Below are positions 16,286 through 26,080 of a DNA stretch of 44,096 nt, piece by piece. Both the position numbers and the translations under genes were made by a program. This DNA is from Candidatus Eisenbergiella stercorigallinarum (lineage in GTDB: Bacteria; Bacillota; Clostridia; Lachnospirales; Lachnospiraceae). The notes under the pieces were generated by a model that had not been told where the DNA came from, ran no database searches, and saw only the letters and a list, made by a program, of their open reading frames with translations. Location: assembly GCA_019120525.1 (NCBI GenBank), contig DWUW01000015.1, positions 1 to 44,096 of the forward strand, in the 5' to 3' direction. The stretch's first letter is position 1. Every line of letters starts with the position of its first letter.

Positions 16286-18547
16286 TTACAGATGCCAGAT
16301 GTCTCTGTTGTACTCTTCGATGGTGCGGTCGGAGGAGAAGTAACCGGCCTTCGCGATATTGACCAGCATCTTCTTCGCCCATGCCTTCTGGTCCTCGTAA
16401 TCCGCAAGCATCCGTTCCTTGGTCTGAATGTAATCCTTCACATCCAGCAGGGTCATGAACCAGTCCTTGCCCACGATCTCCTTGTACAGCCTTCCCAGGT
16501 TGACCGGATCGCCGATGCGGATCAGCTGCTTGCTGATGATGAAGTCCACCAGCTCCTGGATTTCCGGATCGCTGTCATAGATCTCTCCGGAATGGTATCC
16601 GGCGGTGTCGTACAGATGGATGACCTCCTCGGACCCGGCGCCGAACAGGTAAATGTTGTCGTCGCCCACCAGATCGTGGATCTCCACATTCGCGCCGTCC
16701 AGGGTTCCCAGCGTCACCGCGCCGTTCAGCATCATCTTCATATTACCGGTTCCGGAGGCTTCCTTGGAGGCCAGGGAGATCTGCTCGGAAATGTCCGCGG
16801 CGGGGATCAGCTTCTCCGCTTTGGTCACGTTATAATTTTCCACCATCACCAGCTTCAGGTACGGGCTCACCTGCGGATCGTTGTCGATGAGCTGCTGCAG
16901 GCAGAGGATCAGATGGATGATGTCCTTGGCGATGATATAGGCCGGAGCCGCCTTCGCGCCGAAAATCATGGTGATGGGGCGCTTCGGCAGATTGCCCTTC
17001 TTGATCTCCTTATATTTGTAAATGGCGTACAGGGCGTTCATCTGCTGCCTCTTGTACTCGTGGAGGCGCTTGATCTGGATGTCGAAAATAGAGTTTTCAT
17101 CGATGTCCAGATCCTGCGTCTGCTTCAGATAGCGCTTCAGGTCCGCTTTGGCCTCCGCCTTGATCTCAAGCAGGCGGTTTAAAACCGTTTCATCGTCCTG
17201 GTAAGCCAGCAGCTTTTCCAGATGGGCGGCGTCCTTCACGAAATCCGTGCCGATCAGGCTTCCCAGATAATCGGAGAGCCTGTGGTTGCAGTGCACCAGC
17301 CATCTGCGGAAGGTGATGCCGTTGGTCTTGTTGTTGAACTTCTGCGGATAGATATCGTAGAAGGGCTTCAGCTCGGAATTTTTCAGGATCTCCGTGTGAA
17401 GCGCCGCCACGCCGTTTACCGCATAGCCAAAATGAATGTCGATGTGGGCCATATGAACCCGGTTTTCCTTGTCGATGATATAAACCTTCTCGTCGTGGAA
17501 ATCCCTTCTCACCCTGGCGTCCAGGTCGCGGATGATGGGAAGCAGGTGGGGAACCACTTTTTCCAGATAGGAAACAGGCCATTTCTCCAGCGCCTCCGCC
17601 AGAATGGTGTGGTTGGTGTAGGCGCAGGTCTTTCTCACCACATCCACCGCCGTATCCGCGTTGAAGCCTCTGGCCTCCAGCAGGCGGATCAGCTCCGGGA
17701 TCACCATGGTGGGATGGGTGTCGTTGATCTGGATGCACACATGCTCATGCAGGTGATACAGGTTCACCCCTCTCTCCTCCGCTTCCGCAAGGATGAGCTG
17801 GGCCGCGTTGCTCACCATGAAATACTGCTGATAGATCCTCAGAAGCTGTCCGGCCTCGTCGCTGTCGTCGGGATAGAGGAAGAGGGTCAGGTTCCTTCTG
17901 ATATCGTTCTTGTTAAAATCGATCCCGTTTCCGATGATGCTCTCATCCACGCTGTCCAGATCGAACAGATGCAGGCGGTTGCAGCCGTCCTGGCCGTAGC
18001 CGGGCACATCGATATCATACATGCAGGAGGTCACGGTAAAGTCCTTAAAGGGCACCTCAAAATGGCGCTCCGTCCGCGTCAGCCAGCTTTCCGGCGTGAT
18101 CCAGGGATTCTTTTCCTCGTCCTGCTTGTTATCCTCAAATTTCTGCAGGAACAGGCCCTCATGATAGTTCAGCCCCACGCCGTCTCCGGCAAGCCCCAGC
18201 GTCGCGATGGAATCCAGGAAGCAGGCGGCAAGCCTTCCCAGGCCACCGTTTCCAAGAGAGGGCTCCGGCTCGACCTCTTCGATCTCGGTGATGTCCTTCC
18301 CGTACTTCTTCAGCACCTCTCTGGTCTCCTCAAACAGCCCCAGATTGATCAGATTGTTGGAAAGCAGCTTCCCGATGAGGAACTCCGCGGAAATGTAATA
18401 CAGCTTCCGACTTCTCTCATTCCGCCTCATCCCTTCCATCTTCTTTTTGGTGATCCCCAGAAGCGCCGCATAGATTTCCTCGTTGGACGCCTCCTGAATG
18501 GACTTTCCGAATTTTTCCTGCAACAAAAGCTCCAGTTCTTTTTCCAT
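16286..18547 (-). CDS. glgP: Glycogen/maltodextrin phosphorylase
   Basis: [29 protein letters not shown] and the PLP site EASGTGNMK. Start at MEKEL. Confidence 0.96.
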   Translation of the reverse strand: MEKELELLLQEKFGKSIQEASNEEIYAALLGITKKKMEGMRRNERSRKLYYISAEFLIGKLLSNNLINLGLFEETREVLKKYGKDITEIEEVEPEPSLGNGGLGRLAACFLDSIATLGLAGDGVGLNYHEGLFLQKFEDNKQDEEKNPWITPESWLTRTERHFEVPFKDFTVTSCMYDIDVPGYGQDGCNRLHLFDLDSVDESIIGNGIDFNKNDIRRNLTLFLYPDDSDEAGQLLRIYQQYFMVSNAAQLILAEAEERGVNLYHLHEHVCIQINDTHPTMVIPELIRLLEARGFNADTAVDVVRKTCAYTNHTILAEALEKWPVSYLEKVVPHLLPIIRDLDARVRRDFHDEKVYIIDKENRVHMAHIDIHFGYAVNGVAALHTEILKNSELKPFYDIYPQKFNNKTNGITFRRWLVHCNHRLSDYLGSLIGTDFVKDAAHLEKLLAYQDDETVLNRLLEIKAEAKADLKRYLKQTQDLDIDENSIFDIQIKRLHEYKRQQMNALYAIYKYKEIKKGNLPKRPITMIFGAKAAPAYIIAKDIIHLILCLQQLIDNDPQVSPYLKLVMVENYNVTKAEKLIPAADISEQISLASKEASGTGNMKMMLNGAVTLGTLDGANVEIHDLVGDDNIYLFGAGSEEVIHLYDTAGYHSGEIYDSDPEIQELVDFIISKQLIRIGDPVNLGRLYKEIVGKDWFMTLLDVKDYIQTKERMLADYEDQKAWAKKMLVNIAKAGYFSSDRTIEEYNRDIWHL

Positions 18548-18853
18548 GTTTACCTCTCCTTCTGCCGTCTCTGGCGGCATTGAATCCTGCACGAACGCAG
18601 TTCGTGCGCCTCCCTGCCGGCTGCTCCCGCGCAAAACTGCGGCCGGGAATGCGCCGTCCGGCACATTTTTTCAATCTGCCTTTTTCATTTCCTGCTTATT
18701 CTACCACATTCCGCCCGTCCTTAACACCGGATGGGAGGAAGGATTTTCCAAAAATCGTGCACCGTGTATTACTTTTCATGGGGCGGGAAAATGTTCCGGC
18801 TGATTCTTTTTCCTATTTCGTCCCCCCAGCCTGACACCCGGCAGGATGCTCCG

Positions 18854-19164
18854 GTACGGTTTAAAACGAGAATCCGCATTGGTATAACCGTACAAAAAGT
18901 CTGAAGGGACGGTTTAAAAAAGGATTTTCCAATCCTTAACCGTACTTTTTCGCCTCTTTTTTTCGACAATACGGTCAGAAACAGGATTTTTGTATTCAGA
19001 ACCGTACTTTCGGGCTATCCGGTACGGTTTAAAACAGATTTTTCGATCTTTTATCCGTATCACACCATGAAAAGTACGGTTCAGAACATCATTTTCCGGG
19101 ATTGGATCCGTAAAAAATGGATTTTTGTACGGTAGAAAATCCATTTTTTCGCTTTTCAACCGTA
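18854..19164. repeat. Array of six phased inverted-repeat units (TACGGT-N-(A/T)CCGTA)
   Basis: Left arms start at 18855, 18908, 18970, 19023, 19075 and 19128. Right arms end at 18892, 18944, 19006, 19059, 19112 and 19164. Confidence 0.9.
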
Positions 19165-19231
19165 TATGGGCGAGGATTCCGTGGAAGCCCCTGCGGAAGG
19201 ATTCTGCGGAAGATCCTTGTGTACTTACCGC

Positions 19232-21454
19232 TCACCCTTCCTTCTCCAGCGCCTCATACACCCGCAGGATCTCTCCCACGCTCCAGGCCTGGGCGAAGCA
19301 GCCCTTTGAGGAAACCGGGTTTTCTCCGTCATAGATCTCCGGAAGCTGTCCGATGCAGCCCTCCCGCAGGGCGGGCTCCAGCGTTTCCAGCTGCTCCTTC
19401 ACCGTCCGCTTCGCTTCTTCGCTGCAGTCATGCACCTTCAGGTACGCCAGGTAGTAAGCGCCGAGCGGGAACACCCATACCGTTCCCTGGTGGTAGGCCA
19501 TATCCCGTTCCTCCATGGGGCCTCCGTAGAAGGGGTGAAACTCTCTGTCCTGTGCTTCCAGCGTCCGCAGGCCATAGGGCGTATAAAGCTTTTCAAAGAC
19601 CGTTTCCACGATCTGCCGCTCTTTCCTGCGGTCCAGCATGGTGAAGGGCAGGGACACCGCCCAGATCTGATTGCAGCGAAGCTGCTCCTGCGCGTGGGCG
19701 GCATCCGGCGGGAATCCGCCGCTCGTTTCGGCCTTCGGAAAGCCCTCCAAAATCACGTCCCTCAGGCAGCCCCTTTTTTCATCCCAGAACTTTTCCGTGA
19801 AGGAACGCTTCACCCGTTCCGCCAGCGCGCCATAATCGGGATTTCCGGCCGCCGGAGTGCCCGCGGTGCCTGTGCCCGCAGCGCCTGTGCCCGCAGCGCC
19901 TGCCTCCGAAGCTTCGGCCTGTTTCGGAACATCCGCGCCGTTCCCGGCGGGGCGCTCCAAAACAATGGCCGCCCCAAGCTCCTCCATGATCCGCAGGGCG
20001 TTGTACCAGTAAGCGTTGATCTCCACCGGCTTTCCGTGGCGCGGGGTGGGAAGGATCTCCCCCACCCGCACGTCCATCCAGGTCACCTGATCCAGCCCCT
20101 GCCCCGCCGCGATCAGACCGTCGTCGTCCATGTGGATGCCGAAGCGGGTGCCCTGCCTGTAGCCCGTCACGATGCGCTCCATCACCGGGTACATCTCCTT
20201 CACAAAGGCCGCGTCCCGGGTTTTCCGGTAATACAGGTAGACACAGTTGATAAAGAGCAGGGCCGCGTCCGCCGTGTTGTACATAGGCTCGTTTCCACCC
20301 TCCGGAAACAGGTTGGGCATCAGGCCGTCCCGCTCGTTCACCGCAAAGGTGCGCAGGATGCTTTTGGCCGTTTCATACCGCCCCGTGCTCAGACAGACGC
20401 CGGGCAGGGCGATCATAGTATCCCTTCCCCAGTCCTCAAAGAAAGGATAGCCCGCCAGTATGGTTTCCCCTCTGGTGGAATCCCTTCCGGAAACGAACTG
20501 ATCCGCTGCCGCGGCAAGCGCGCCCGCCGTTTCCGAGAGGAAATGCGCCCGCTGGCGGAGGGTCTTTCTTCTCTCCTTCATATCCGTAAGGATCCGACCC
20601 GCGCTCCTGTCCGAAGGTTCCGTTTCAAAGACGATCTCCAGCGTCCGGATTTCTCCGGCGGGAACCGCCATACAAATCCTGTGATCCGTCTGCGTCCGTC
20701 CCGTTTCCCGTCTCCCGTCGCAGGCGTCATAGCGGTAGTACAGCGTTTCCTGCACGCGGGGGATGCTCTCCCGCTCCCCGTTCGTGCGAAGGTACAGCTC
20801 CGGGCAGCCGGGCGCGGCGCCTACCGCACGGATCCGTCCGGAGGGCGCGCTCGCGATCCGCTGATCCGCTTCCATATCCTTACCCTTGGGAACGAACTGG
20901 TAAAAAGGCGTCACCCGAAGCGTCGCCATCTTCCTGCTGCGGTTTGTGATCTCATACCGGAGGGCCGCCCGGTTGGAGCCGTGCTCCAGCCCGGCCTCCT
21001 TAACGATCTCCACGCCGTCTGTGAGAAATCTCCACACCGGCGTATCCTCCCAGGAAAAAAAGCTCAGATAACGGCAACCCGTTTCCGGCTCCCGGCCGGC
21101 AAATTCCTGGGTGGAGAGTATCCTCCGTGTTTCCCGTCCCGCTCCGGCGTCAGATTCTGCCCCGGCGCCCGGTTCCGCGCTTTCCGCGCCGCCGTCCTTC
21201 TCCGCAAGGATCAGCTCTTCCTTCAGGCGGTGCACCAGATTGTACCGGTGATTGGGGGCCTGCGCGCAGGCCATCAGAAAGGCGTGGTCATTGCGCGCCG
21301 CCGCGCCCGTCATGGTCAGGGAGGAAAAGCCGCCCAGCCCGTTGGTCATCAGATAACAGTTTTCCAGTCCCCTGGCGCAGCCTTCCTCCGAAGGAGCCTG
21401 GGACTTCCCGCAGGCTGTAAGCTTCCAGTCCTGCTTTCCATACGTCCATTTCAT
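19232..21454 (-). CDS. Amylo-alpha-1,6-glucosidase (glycogen debranching enzyme family)
   Basis: TNGLGGF, AGYPFFEDWGRDT, TWMD, PRHGKPVEINA, YHQGTVW and GCFAQAWSV. Confidence 0.92.
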   Translation of the reverse strand: MKWTYGKQDWKLTACGKSQAPSEEGCARGLENCYLMTNGLGGFSSLTMTGAAARNDHAFLMACAQAPNHRYNLVHRLKEELILAEKDGGAESAEPGAGAESDAGAGRETRRILSTQEFAGREPETGCRYLSFFSWEDTPVWRFLTDGVEIVKEAGLEHGSNRAALRYEITNRSRKMATLRVTPFYQFVPKGKDMEADQRIASAPSGRIRAVGAAPGCPELYLRTNGERESIPRVQETLYYRYDACDGRRETGRTQTDHRICMAVPAGEIRTLEIVFETEPSDRSAGRILTDMKERRKTLRQRAHFLSETAGALAAAADQFVSGRDSTRGETILAGYPFFEDWGRDTMIALPGVCLSTGRYETAKSILRTFAVNERDGLMPNLFPEGGNEPMYNTADAALLFINCVYLYYRKTRDAAFVKEMYPVMERIVTGYRQGTRFGIHMDDDGLIAAGQGLDQVTWMDVRVGEILPTPRHGKPVEINAYWYNALRIMEELGAAIVLERPAGNGADVPKQAEASEAGAAGTGAAGTGTAGTPAAGNPDYGALAERVKRSFTEKFWDEKRGCLRDVILEGFPKAETSGGFPPDAAHAQEQLRCNQIWAVSLPFTMLDRRKERQIVETVFEKLYTPYGLRTLEAQDREFHPFYGGPMEERDMAYHQGTVWVFPLGAYYLAYLKVHDCSEEAKRTVKEQLETLEPALREGCIGQLPEIYDGENPVSSKGCFAQAWSVGEILRVYEALEKEG

Positions 21455-21476
21455 TCCGTCCGCCTGCCTTTCCGCC

Positions 21477-23459
21477 TTATTTTTCCCTCTTTCCCAACAC
21501 CAGAATGCTCACCGCTTCCACCTGCGCTTCCTTCCGGACCCGCTCCGGCTTTTTCCACAAAAAGCTGTCCCTCCCGTCCGCAAGCGCTTCCCAGCCGTCT
21601 CCTTCCAGCGGAACGCGCACCGGCTTTTTCCTTCGGTTATACAGAATGCAGAGGGTTTTCCACGGACTGTCCTCTCCGTCTCTGCAATTATCCACATAAA
21701 AGCCCGCGAAGCCCTTTCTTTTCCACGCCGCGCGGATCCGTTCCGCCGCCTGCAGGCTCTTGTCGCACAGGCCGGGAAGCTGCTTTCTCAGCGCGATCAG
21801 GCCCCTGTAATAATCTACAAGCTCTCTTTCCCGCCAGGCCCGCTCCCAGTCCAGCCGGTTGATCTCGATGGACGCGTTGTAGGAATCCTCCAGCCCGCCC
21901 TTGGTGCGGGCGGCTTCCTCCCCGGACAGGAAGAAAAGCCTTCCCTGGCAGGTAAGATAAATGCCCGCCGCCAGCCGGTACTGCCGCCTTCTTTCTTCCT
22001 CGTCCGGCGTGGTTTCCGCCAGCTTGTCCCACAGCGTCTGGTTGTCATGGGCGGAAATATAGGTGATGGTCTGAGAAGGAGCAAGCATCCGCGCTCCCCG
22101 ACTTCCCTGCCAGGCCTTCGCGCTGTTGAGGATGGCGCCCTCCGTCCCCTGCGCCCCGTTTACGAAGCCGGGTTCCTTCAGGCGGAACACGCTTCCCCGG
22201 ACCGCGTCCCTCGTTCTGTCGGAAAAGATGCCGATGTTTTCGTCCAGGTGCCTCACATTGTTTTTAACCGCCTGGCGGAATCCCTTCTCCATCGCCGTGT
22301 ATCCGGCTTCCCAGGGCTCTCCGTACACCAGTTTTTCCCCTTTTCCGAACCGTTCATCCAGCGCGGCCCGGATCCGGTTCATCAGCTCCACATCCAGAAG
22401 CCCCATCAGATCGAAGCGGAAGCCGTCCATATGATATTCCTCCGCCCAGTACAGCACGCTTTCCAGGATCAGCTTCGCGCACATGGGCCGCTCCGACGCT
22501 ATGTCGTTTCCGCAGGCGGAGCCGTTTGACACAGTCCCATCCTCCTTCACCCGGTAATAATACCAGGGAGCCGTTTTCTGAAGGGCAGTTTCCAGACTGT
22601 AGGTATGATTGTAGACCACGTCCATGATCACCCGAAAGCCCTGCCGGTGCAGGCTCTGCACAGCCTCCTTCAGCTCCCGGATCCGGACCTCGCCGTGCGC
22701 GGGATCGGAGGAATAGGAGCCCTCCGGCACGTTCCAGTTCATGGGATCATAGCCCCAGTTAAACTGCGCGGGATCTCCCGCCTCGTCCACGGAACCGTAA
22801 TCATAGACCGGCATGAGCTGCACATGGGTCACGCCCAGCTCCTTCAGATAAGAAAGCCCCGTGGGATGGACGCTGTTCCCGCGCAGGGTGGTATCTTTGC
22901 AGCAGAAGGCACGGTATTTTCCCCGGACCTCCTCCGGGAAGCCGCCGGCCGGATCCCAGGAAAATTCCTTCACATGGGTTTCCCAGATCACCTGTTCCGG
23001 CCCGTTCTCCGGCGCCAGGTCTCCTTCCCAGCCCTCCGGGTCCGTCCGGCGAAGGTCCGCCGCCATGCTGCGCTTTCCGTTGATCCCGCAGGCCTTCGCG
23101 TAAGGGTCCGTGGTCTGTACCCTTTCCCCGTCCAGCTCAAGGATAAAATCATAGTAGATCCCGTGAAGGTCCTCCGCCGCGCGGTATTCCCAGACGCCTT
23201 TTTCCAGCCGTTTCATGGGAAAGGCCGCGAAGGGCTCCCCTCCGCTTCCATCCCGGAACAGACGCAGCTGCGCCTGTTTCGCGAAGGGACTCCAGATGCG
23301 GAAAACGCTTTCCCGGGAGGCCCCTTTCCGGAAGGCGTTTTCCTGGAAAACGTTTTCCTCGTTTTCATAAAAAAAGCCAAGCTTCCCGTCGTAACCATAT
23401 TCCCGGTCAAAATCCGGGCTTTCATAGATTTTTTTATATTCCAGAGCCGTCCGTTTCAT
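21477..23459 (-). CDS. pulA: Type I pullulanase (GH13)
   Basis: FNWGYDP, MDVVYNH, GFRFDLMG, YGEPW and AHDN. AAGGAG RBS precedes the ATG at 23459 (alternative start 23477). Confidence 0.92.
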   Translation of the reverse strand: MKRTALEYKKIYESPDFDREYGYDGKLGFFYENEENVFQENAFRKGASRESVFRIWSPFAKQAQLRLFRDGSGGEPFAAFPMKRLEKGVWEYRAAEDLHGIYYDFILELDGERVQTTDPYAKACGINGKRSMAADLRRTDPEGWEGDLAPENGPEQVIWETHVKEFSWDPAGGFPEEVRGKYRAFCCKDTTLRGNSVHPTGLSYLKELGVTHVQLMPVYDYGSVDEAGDPAQFNWGYDPMNWNVPEGSYSSDPAHGEVRIRELKEAVQSLHRQGFRVIMDVVYNHTYSLETALQKTAPWYYYRVKEDGTVSNGSACGNDIASERPMCAKLILESVLYWAEEYHMDGFRFDLMGLLDVELMNRIRAALDERFGKGEKLVYGEPWEAGYTAMEKGFRQAVKNNVRHLDENIGIFSDRTRDAVRGSVFRLKEPGFVNGAQGTEGAILNSAKAWQGSRGARMLAPSQTITYISAHDNQTLWDKLAETTPDEEERRRQYRLAAGIYLTCQGRLFFLSGEEAARTKGGLEDSYNASIEINRLDWERAWRERELVDYYRGLIALRKQLPGLCDKSLQAAERIRAAWKRKGFAGFYVDNCRDGEDSPWKTLCILYNRRKKPVRVPLEGDGWEALADGRDSFLWKKPERVRKEAQVEAVSILVLGKREK

Positions 23460-23628
23460 TCCGCTCTCCTTTTTCATGCTTCCTTATCCTGCTTTCCGCA
23501 CACGCTTTTTTCGCGTTTTTTCACGGCTTCCTTCCCGCCGGTTTCCCTCCGGACCTCACATCCGTCCGCGCCTTCTTTCCTCCTGCAGCCCCCGGCCGCG
23601 CGCCGAAGGCGCGGGAAGCGGAACCGGG

Positions 23629-23745
23629 CTTTCGGGACCGGCCTCCCGGCCGATCCCTTTCGTCGCCGGACCTCCCGGCCGATCCCTTTCGGGACCGGCC
23701 TTTCCGAAGCCACCCCTTCCGGAACCGCCCTCGCGGGAGCCGGCT
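23629..23745. repeat. Degenerate ~15/29-bp tandem repeats, intergenic
   Basis: CCTCCCGGCCGATCCCTTTCG at 23642 and 23671; CTTTCGGGACCGGCCT at 23629 and 23686. Confidence 0.75.
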
Positions 23746-23786
23746 CCGCTTCCCTCATGCAGGCTTCCGCCCCCTTCCGGGCGCGC

Positions 23787-24659
23787 TCAGCCCTTCACCG
23801 CTCCGGATACGCCGTCCACATAGAATCTCTGCAGGCTCAGAAACAGAATGGAAATGGGAATGGAGATCAGGACGGCGCCAGCGGCAAAGCTGGTATACCA
23901 GCTGTCGATGTATTCTTTTTCCAGCATCTTCCACAGACCGATGGCCACGGTATACTGGTCCGAATTGGCCCGGCAGATCACCTTCGCGAAGATGAAGTCC
24001 AGCCAGGGGCCCATGAAGGCCGTCAGTATGGTATAAATGATGATCGGTTTGCTCAGAGGCAGGGTGATCTTGCTGAAGATCTGCCACCTGGTACAGCCGT
24101 CCAGCAGGGCCGCTTCGTCGATGGCGAAGGGGATGGTATCGAAGAAGCCCTTCGCGATCTGGAAGCCCAGGCCCGCGCCGCCGGAATAGACCAGGATCAG
24201 CGCCAGGCGGATCAGATTTCCTTCCGTCAGGCCCAGAGCCTTCAGGATGAAGTAAACCGCCACCATGGACATGAAGCCGGGGAACAGCCCCAGGATCATC
24301 GCCATGTTCATATAGGGCTTGCGCAGCTTAAAGCGCAGCCGGGACAGACAGTAGGACACCGCCAGCGTATAAAAGGCCGCCAGGATGCAGGAGCAGACGG
24401 AAATGAACAGGGTGTTCATGAACATCTGCGGAAAATTCAGGATCGTGGTATCCGTGAACAGCTTCACATAATTGTCCAGCGTATAGGACTGAGGGAAGAA
24501 GGTGGACACGTAGGAGCCCTTTTCCGCCCGGAAGCTGGTAAGGATGACCCACAGGATCGGGAACACCCAGATCACGGCGAGAATGCCCAGGATCACATGG
24601 ACCGCCGTATTGTTGATGAAACGCTTTCTCTTCGCGGAGGCATATTTCTTTTGATTCAT
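23787..24659 (-). CDS. Maltodextrin ABC permease (MalG/MalD-like)
   Basis: EAA motif (IDEAALLDG), multiple TM helices and C-terminal GAVKG. Confidence 0.92.
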   Translation of the reverse strand: MNQKKYASAKRKRFINNTAVHVILGILAVIWVFPILWVILTSFRAEKGSYVSTFFPQSYTLDNYVKLFTDTTILNFPQMFMNTLFISVCSCILAAFYTLAVSYCLSRLRFKLRKPYMNMAMILGLFPGFMSMVAVYFILKALGLTEGNLIRLALILVYSGGAGLGFQIAKGFFDTIPFAIDEAALLDGCTRWQIFSKITLPLSKPIIIYTILTAFMGPWLDFIFAKVICRANSDQYTVAIGLWKMLEKEYIDSWYTSFAAGAVLISIPISILFLSLQRFYVDGVSGAVKG

Positions 24660-24662
24660 GAC

Positions 24663-26042
24663 TTAAAATCCCCCTTCCTCTTTGTAGGACTTACTGCTGC
24701 GGTAGGTAAGGAGCGCGCCCACTGCCAGGATGATGAACGTCAGAATGCCGATGACAGAGCCCACATTATAATACTGCTTGTCGATGGTCAGCTTGTACAG
24801 CCAGGTCACCAGCAGGTCCGTGCTTCCGGCCGTGGAGGACAGGTTCGTGACCGGATCCCCTCCCGAAAGCAGATAAATGACGTTGAAGTTGTTCACATTT
24901 CCCGTAAACGTGGTGATCAGATACGGGGTGGTCACATACAGCATGTAAGGCAGCGTGATCTTGAAAAAGATCTGGACCGCGTTCGCGCCATCCACCCGGG
25001 CCGCCTCATACAGCTCCGCGGGAATGTTCTGCAGCACGCCGGTCAGCTGCAGCAGCGTATAGGGAACGCCCACCCAGATATTGACCACGATCACCGTCAC
25101 CCGCGCCCAGGTGGGATCCGTGAAGAAGGGAAGGCTGGCGTCGGGGGCGATCAGTCCGATGTTGCGCAGCAGCACGTTCACCGCGCCCTCCGGCTGCAGC
25201 ATGGTCCGCATGATTAAGAGGGATACGAACATGGGAACCGCGCAGGAAAGCACAAAGCAGAACCGCCAGAAGCCCTTGGCCTTCGTGTCCTTCCGGTTGA
25301 TCAGCAGCGAAAGGATCATGCCGAAAATATAGTTGGTAAAGGTGGCGAAGAACGCCCACACCAGCGTCCAGATCAGCACGGACCAGAAGGTGCTTCCCAG
25401 GATGCTGCTGGAATCGAACAGCGTCCGGAAATTCTCCAGTCCCACCCAGTCAAACAGCATCAGATGGTTATCCAGCTTGCTGTAGCTGGTAAACGCCATG
25501 CAGATCATGAAGATCAGCGGCAGGATGGTAAACGCGAAAATGAAGATCATCGGCGGCGTCATCAGGAGCCGGTACAGGTTCTCATTCAGCAGGCTTTTTA
25601 CATCCTGTGAAAACGTATTGATATGTTTTCTCTGCTTCGCCAGGCATTCCACCCGGTACGCGCTCTTTAACGCGCCCCTCCAGGCCCAGAACATCAGAAG
25701 GGTCAGAAGCACCGTGGCCACGCCGTACAGAAGGATCAGTACGGACTGATCTCCCTTTGTGTAGACATACACCTGACTGGCCTCGTCCCAGATCTCCTCC
25801 TGCGGCACGCTTCCCAGGGAAGGAAGCATGCTTAAAAATCCGATCCCGTTCACCGCCATGAACACCAGATATGCGGCTTCTATCGCCAGAAACAACAGGC
25901 CTTTTATTTTCTGGCCGTGTACAAAATTTCCAAGTCCCATCACCAGCATGGAAAGCTTCGTTTCCGGTCCGCCGTTTCGGATGGCGGCCATACAGGTATA
26001 GGGGGTCGTAAACTCATCCGCTTTTTTCCTGAAAAATGACAT
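24663..26042 (-). CDS. Maltodextrin ABC permease (MalF/MalC-like)
   Basis: LYEAARVDGA, NNFNVIYLL and TDLLVTWLYKLT. Confidence 0.92.
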   Translation of the reverse strand: MSFFRKKADEFTTPYTCMAAIRNGGPETKLSMLVMGLGNFVHGQKIKGLLFLAIEAAYLVFMAVNGIGFLSMLPSLGSVPQEEIWDEASQVYVYTKGDQSVLILLYGVATVLLTLLMFWAWRGALKSAYRVECLAKQRKHINTFSQDVKSLLNENLYRLLMTPPMIFIFAFTILPLIFMICMAFTSYSKLDNHLMLFDWVGLENFRTLFDSSSILGSTFWSVLIWTLVWAFFATFTNYIFGMILSLLINRKDTKAKGFWRFCFVLSCAVPMFVSLLIMRTMLQPEGAVNVLLRNIGLIAPDASLPFFTDPTWARVTVIVVNIWVGVPYTLLQLTGVLQNIPAELYEAARVDGANAVQIFFKITLPYMLYVTTPYLITTFTGNVNNFNVIYLLSGGDPVTNLSSTAGSTDLLVTWLYKLTIDKQYYNVGSVIGILTFIILAVGALLTYRSSKSYKEEGGF

Positions 26043-26080
26043 ACCCTTTTTCCTCCTCCCTGGAGATCCGGCCGCGCCGG

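Noticed and set aside
18854-19164. Inverted-repeat array as CRISPR or integron attC cassettes
   Set aside because: Conserved parts are only 5-8 bp arms in alternating orientation, there is no 23-47 bp direct repeat, no cas or integrase gene is nearby, and there are no cassette ORFs.
23474-23758. 94-aa minus-strand ORF between the permease and pullulanase
   Set aside because: It is low-complexity translation of degenerate tandem repeats with no recognisable domain. It cannot be fully excluded because it overlaps the alternative pulA start.
19430-25217. Very long plus-strand ORFs (810 and 870 aa) and similar antisense ORFs across the window
   Set aside because: They are shadows of well-supported opposite-strand genes in high-GC DNA and carry no recognisable motifs.
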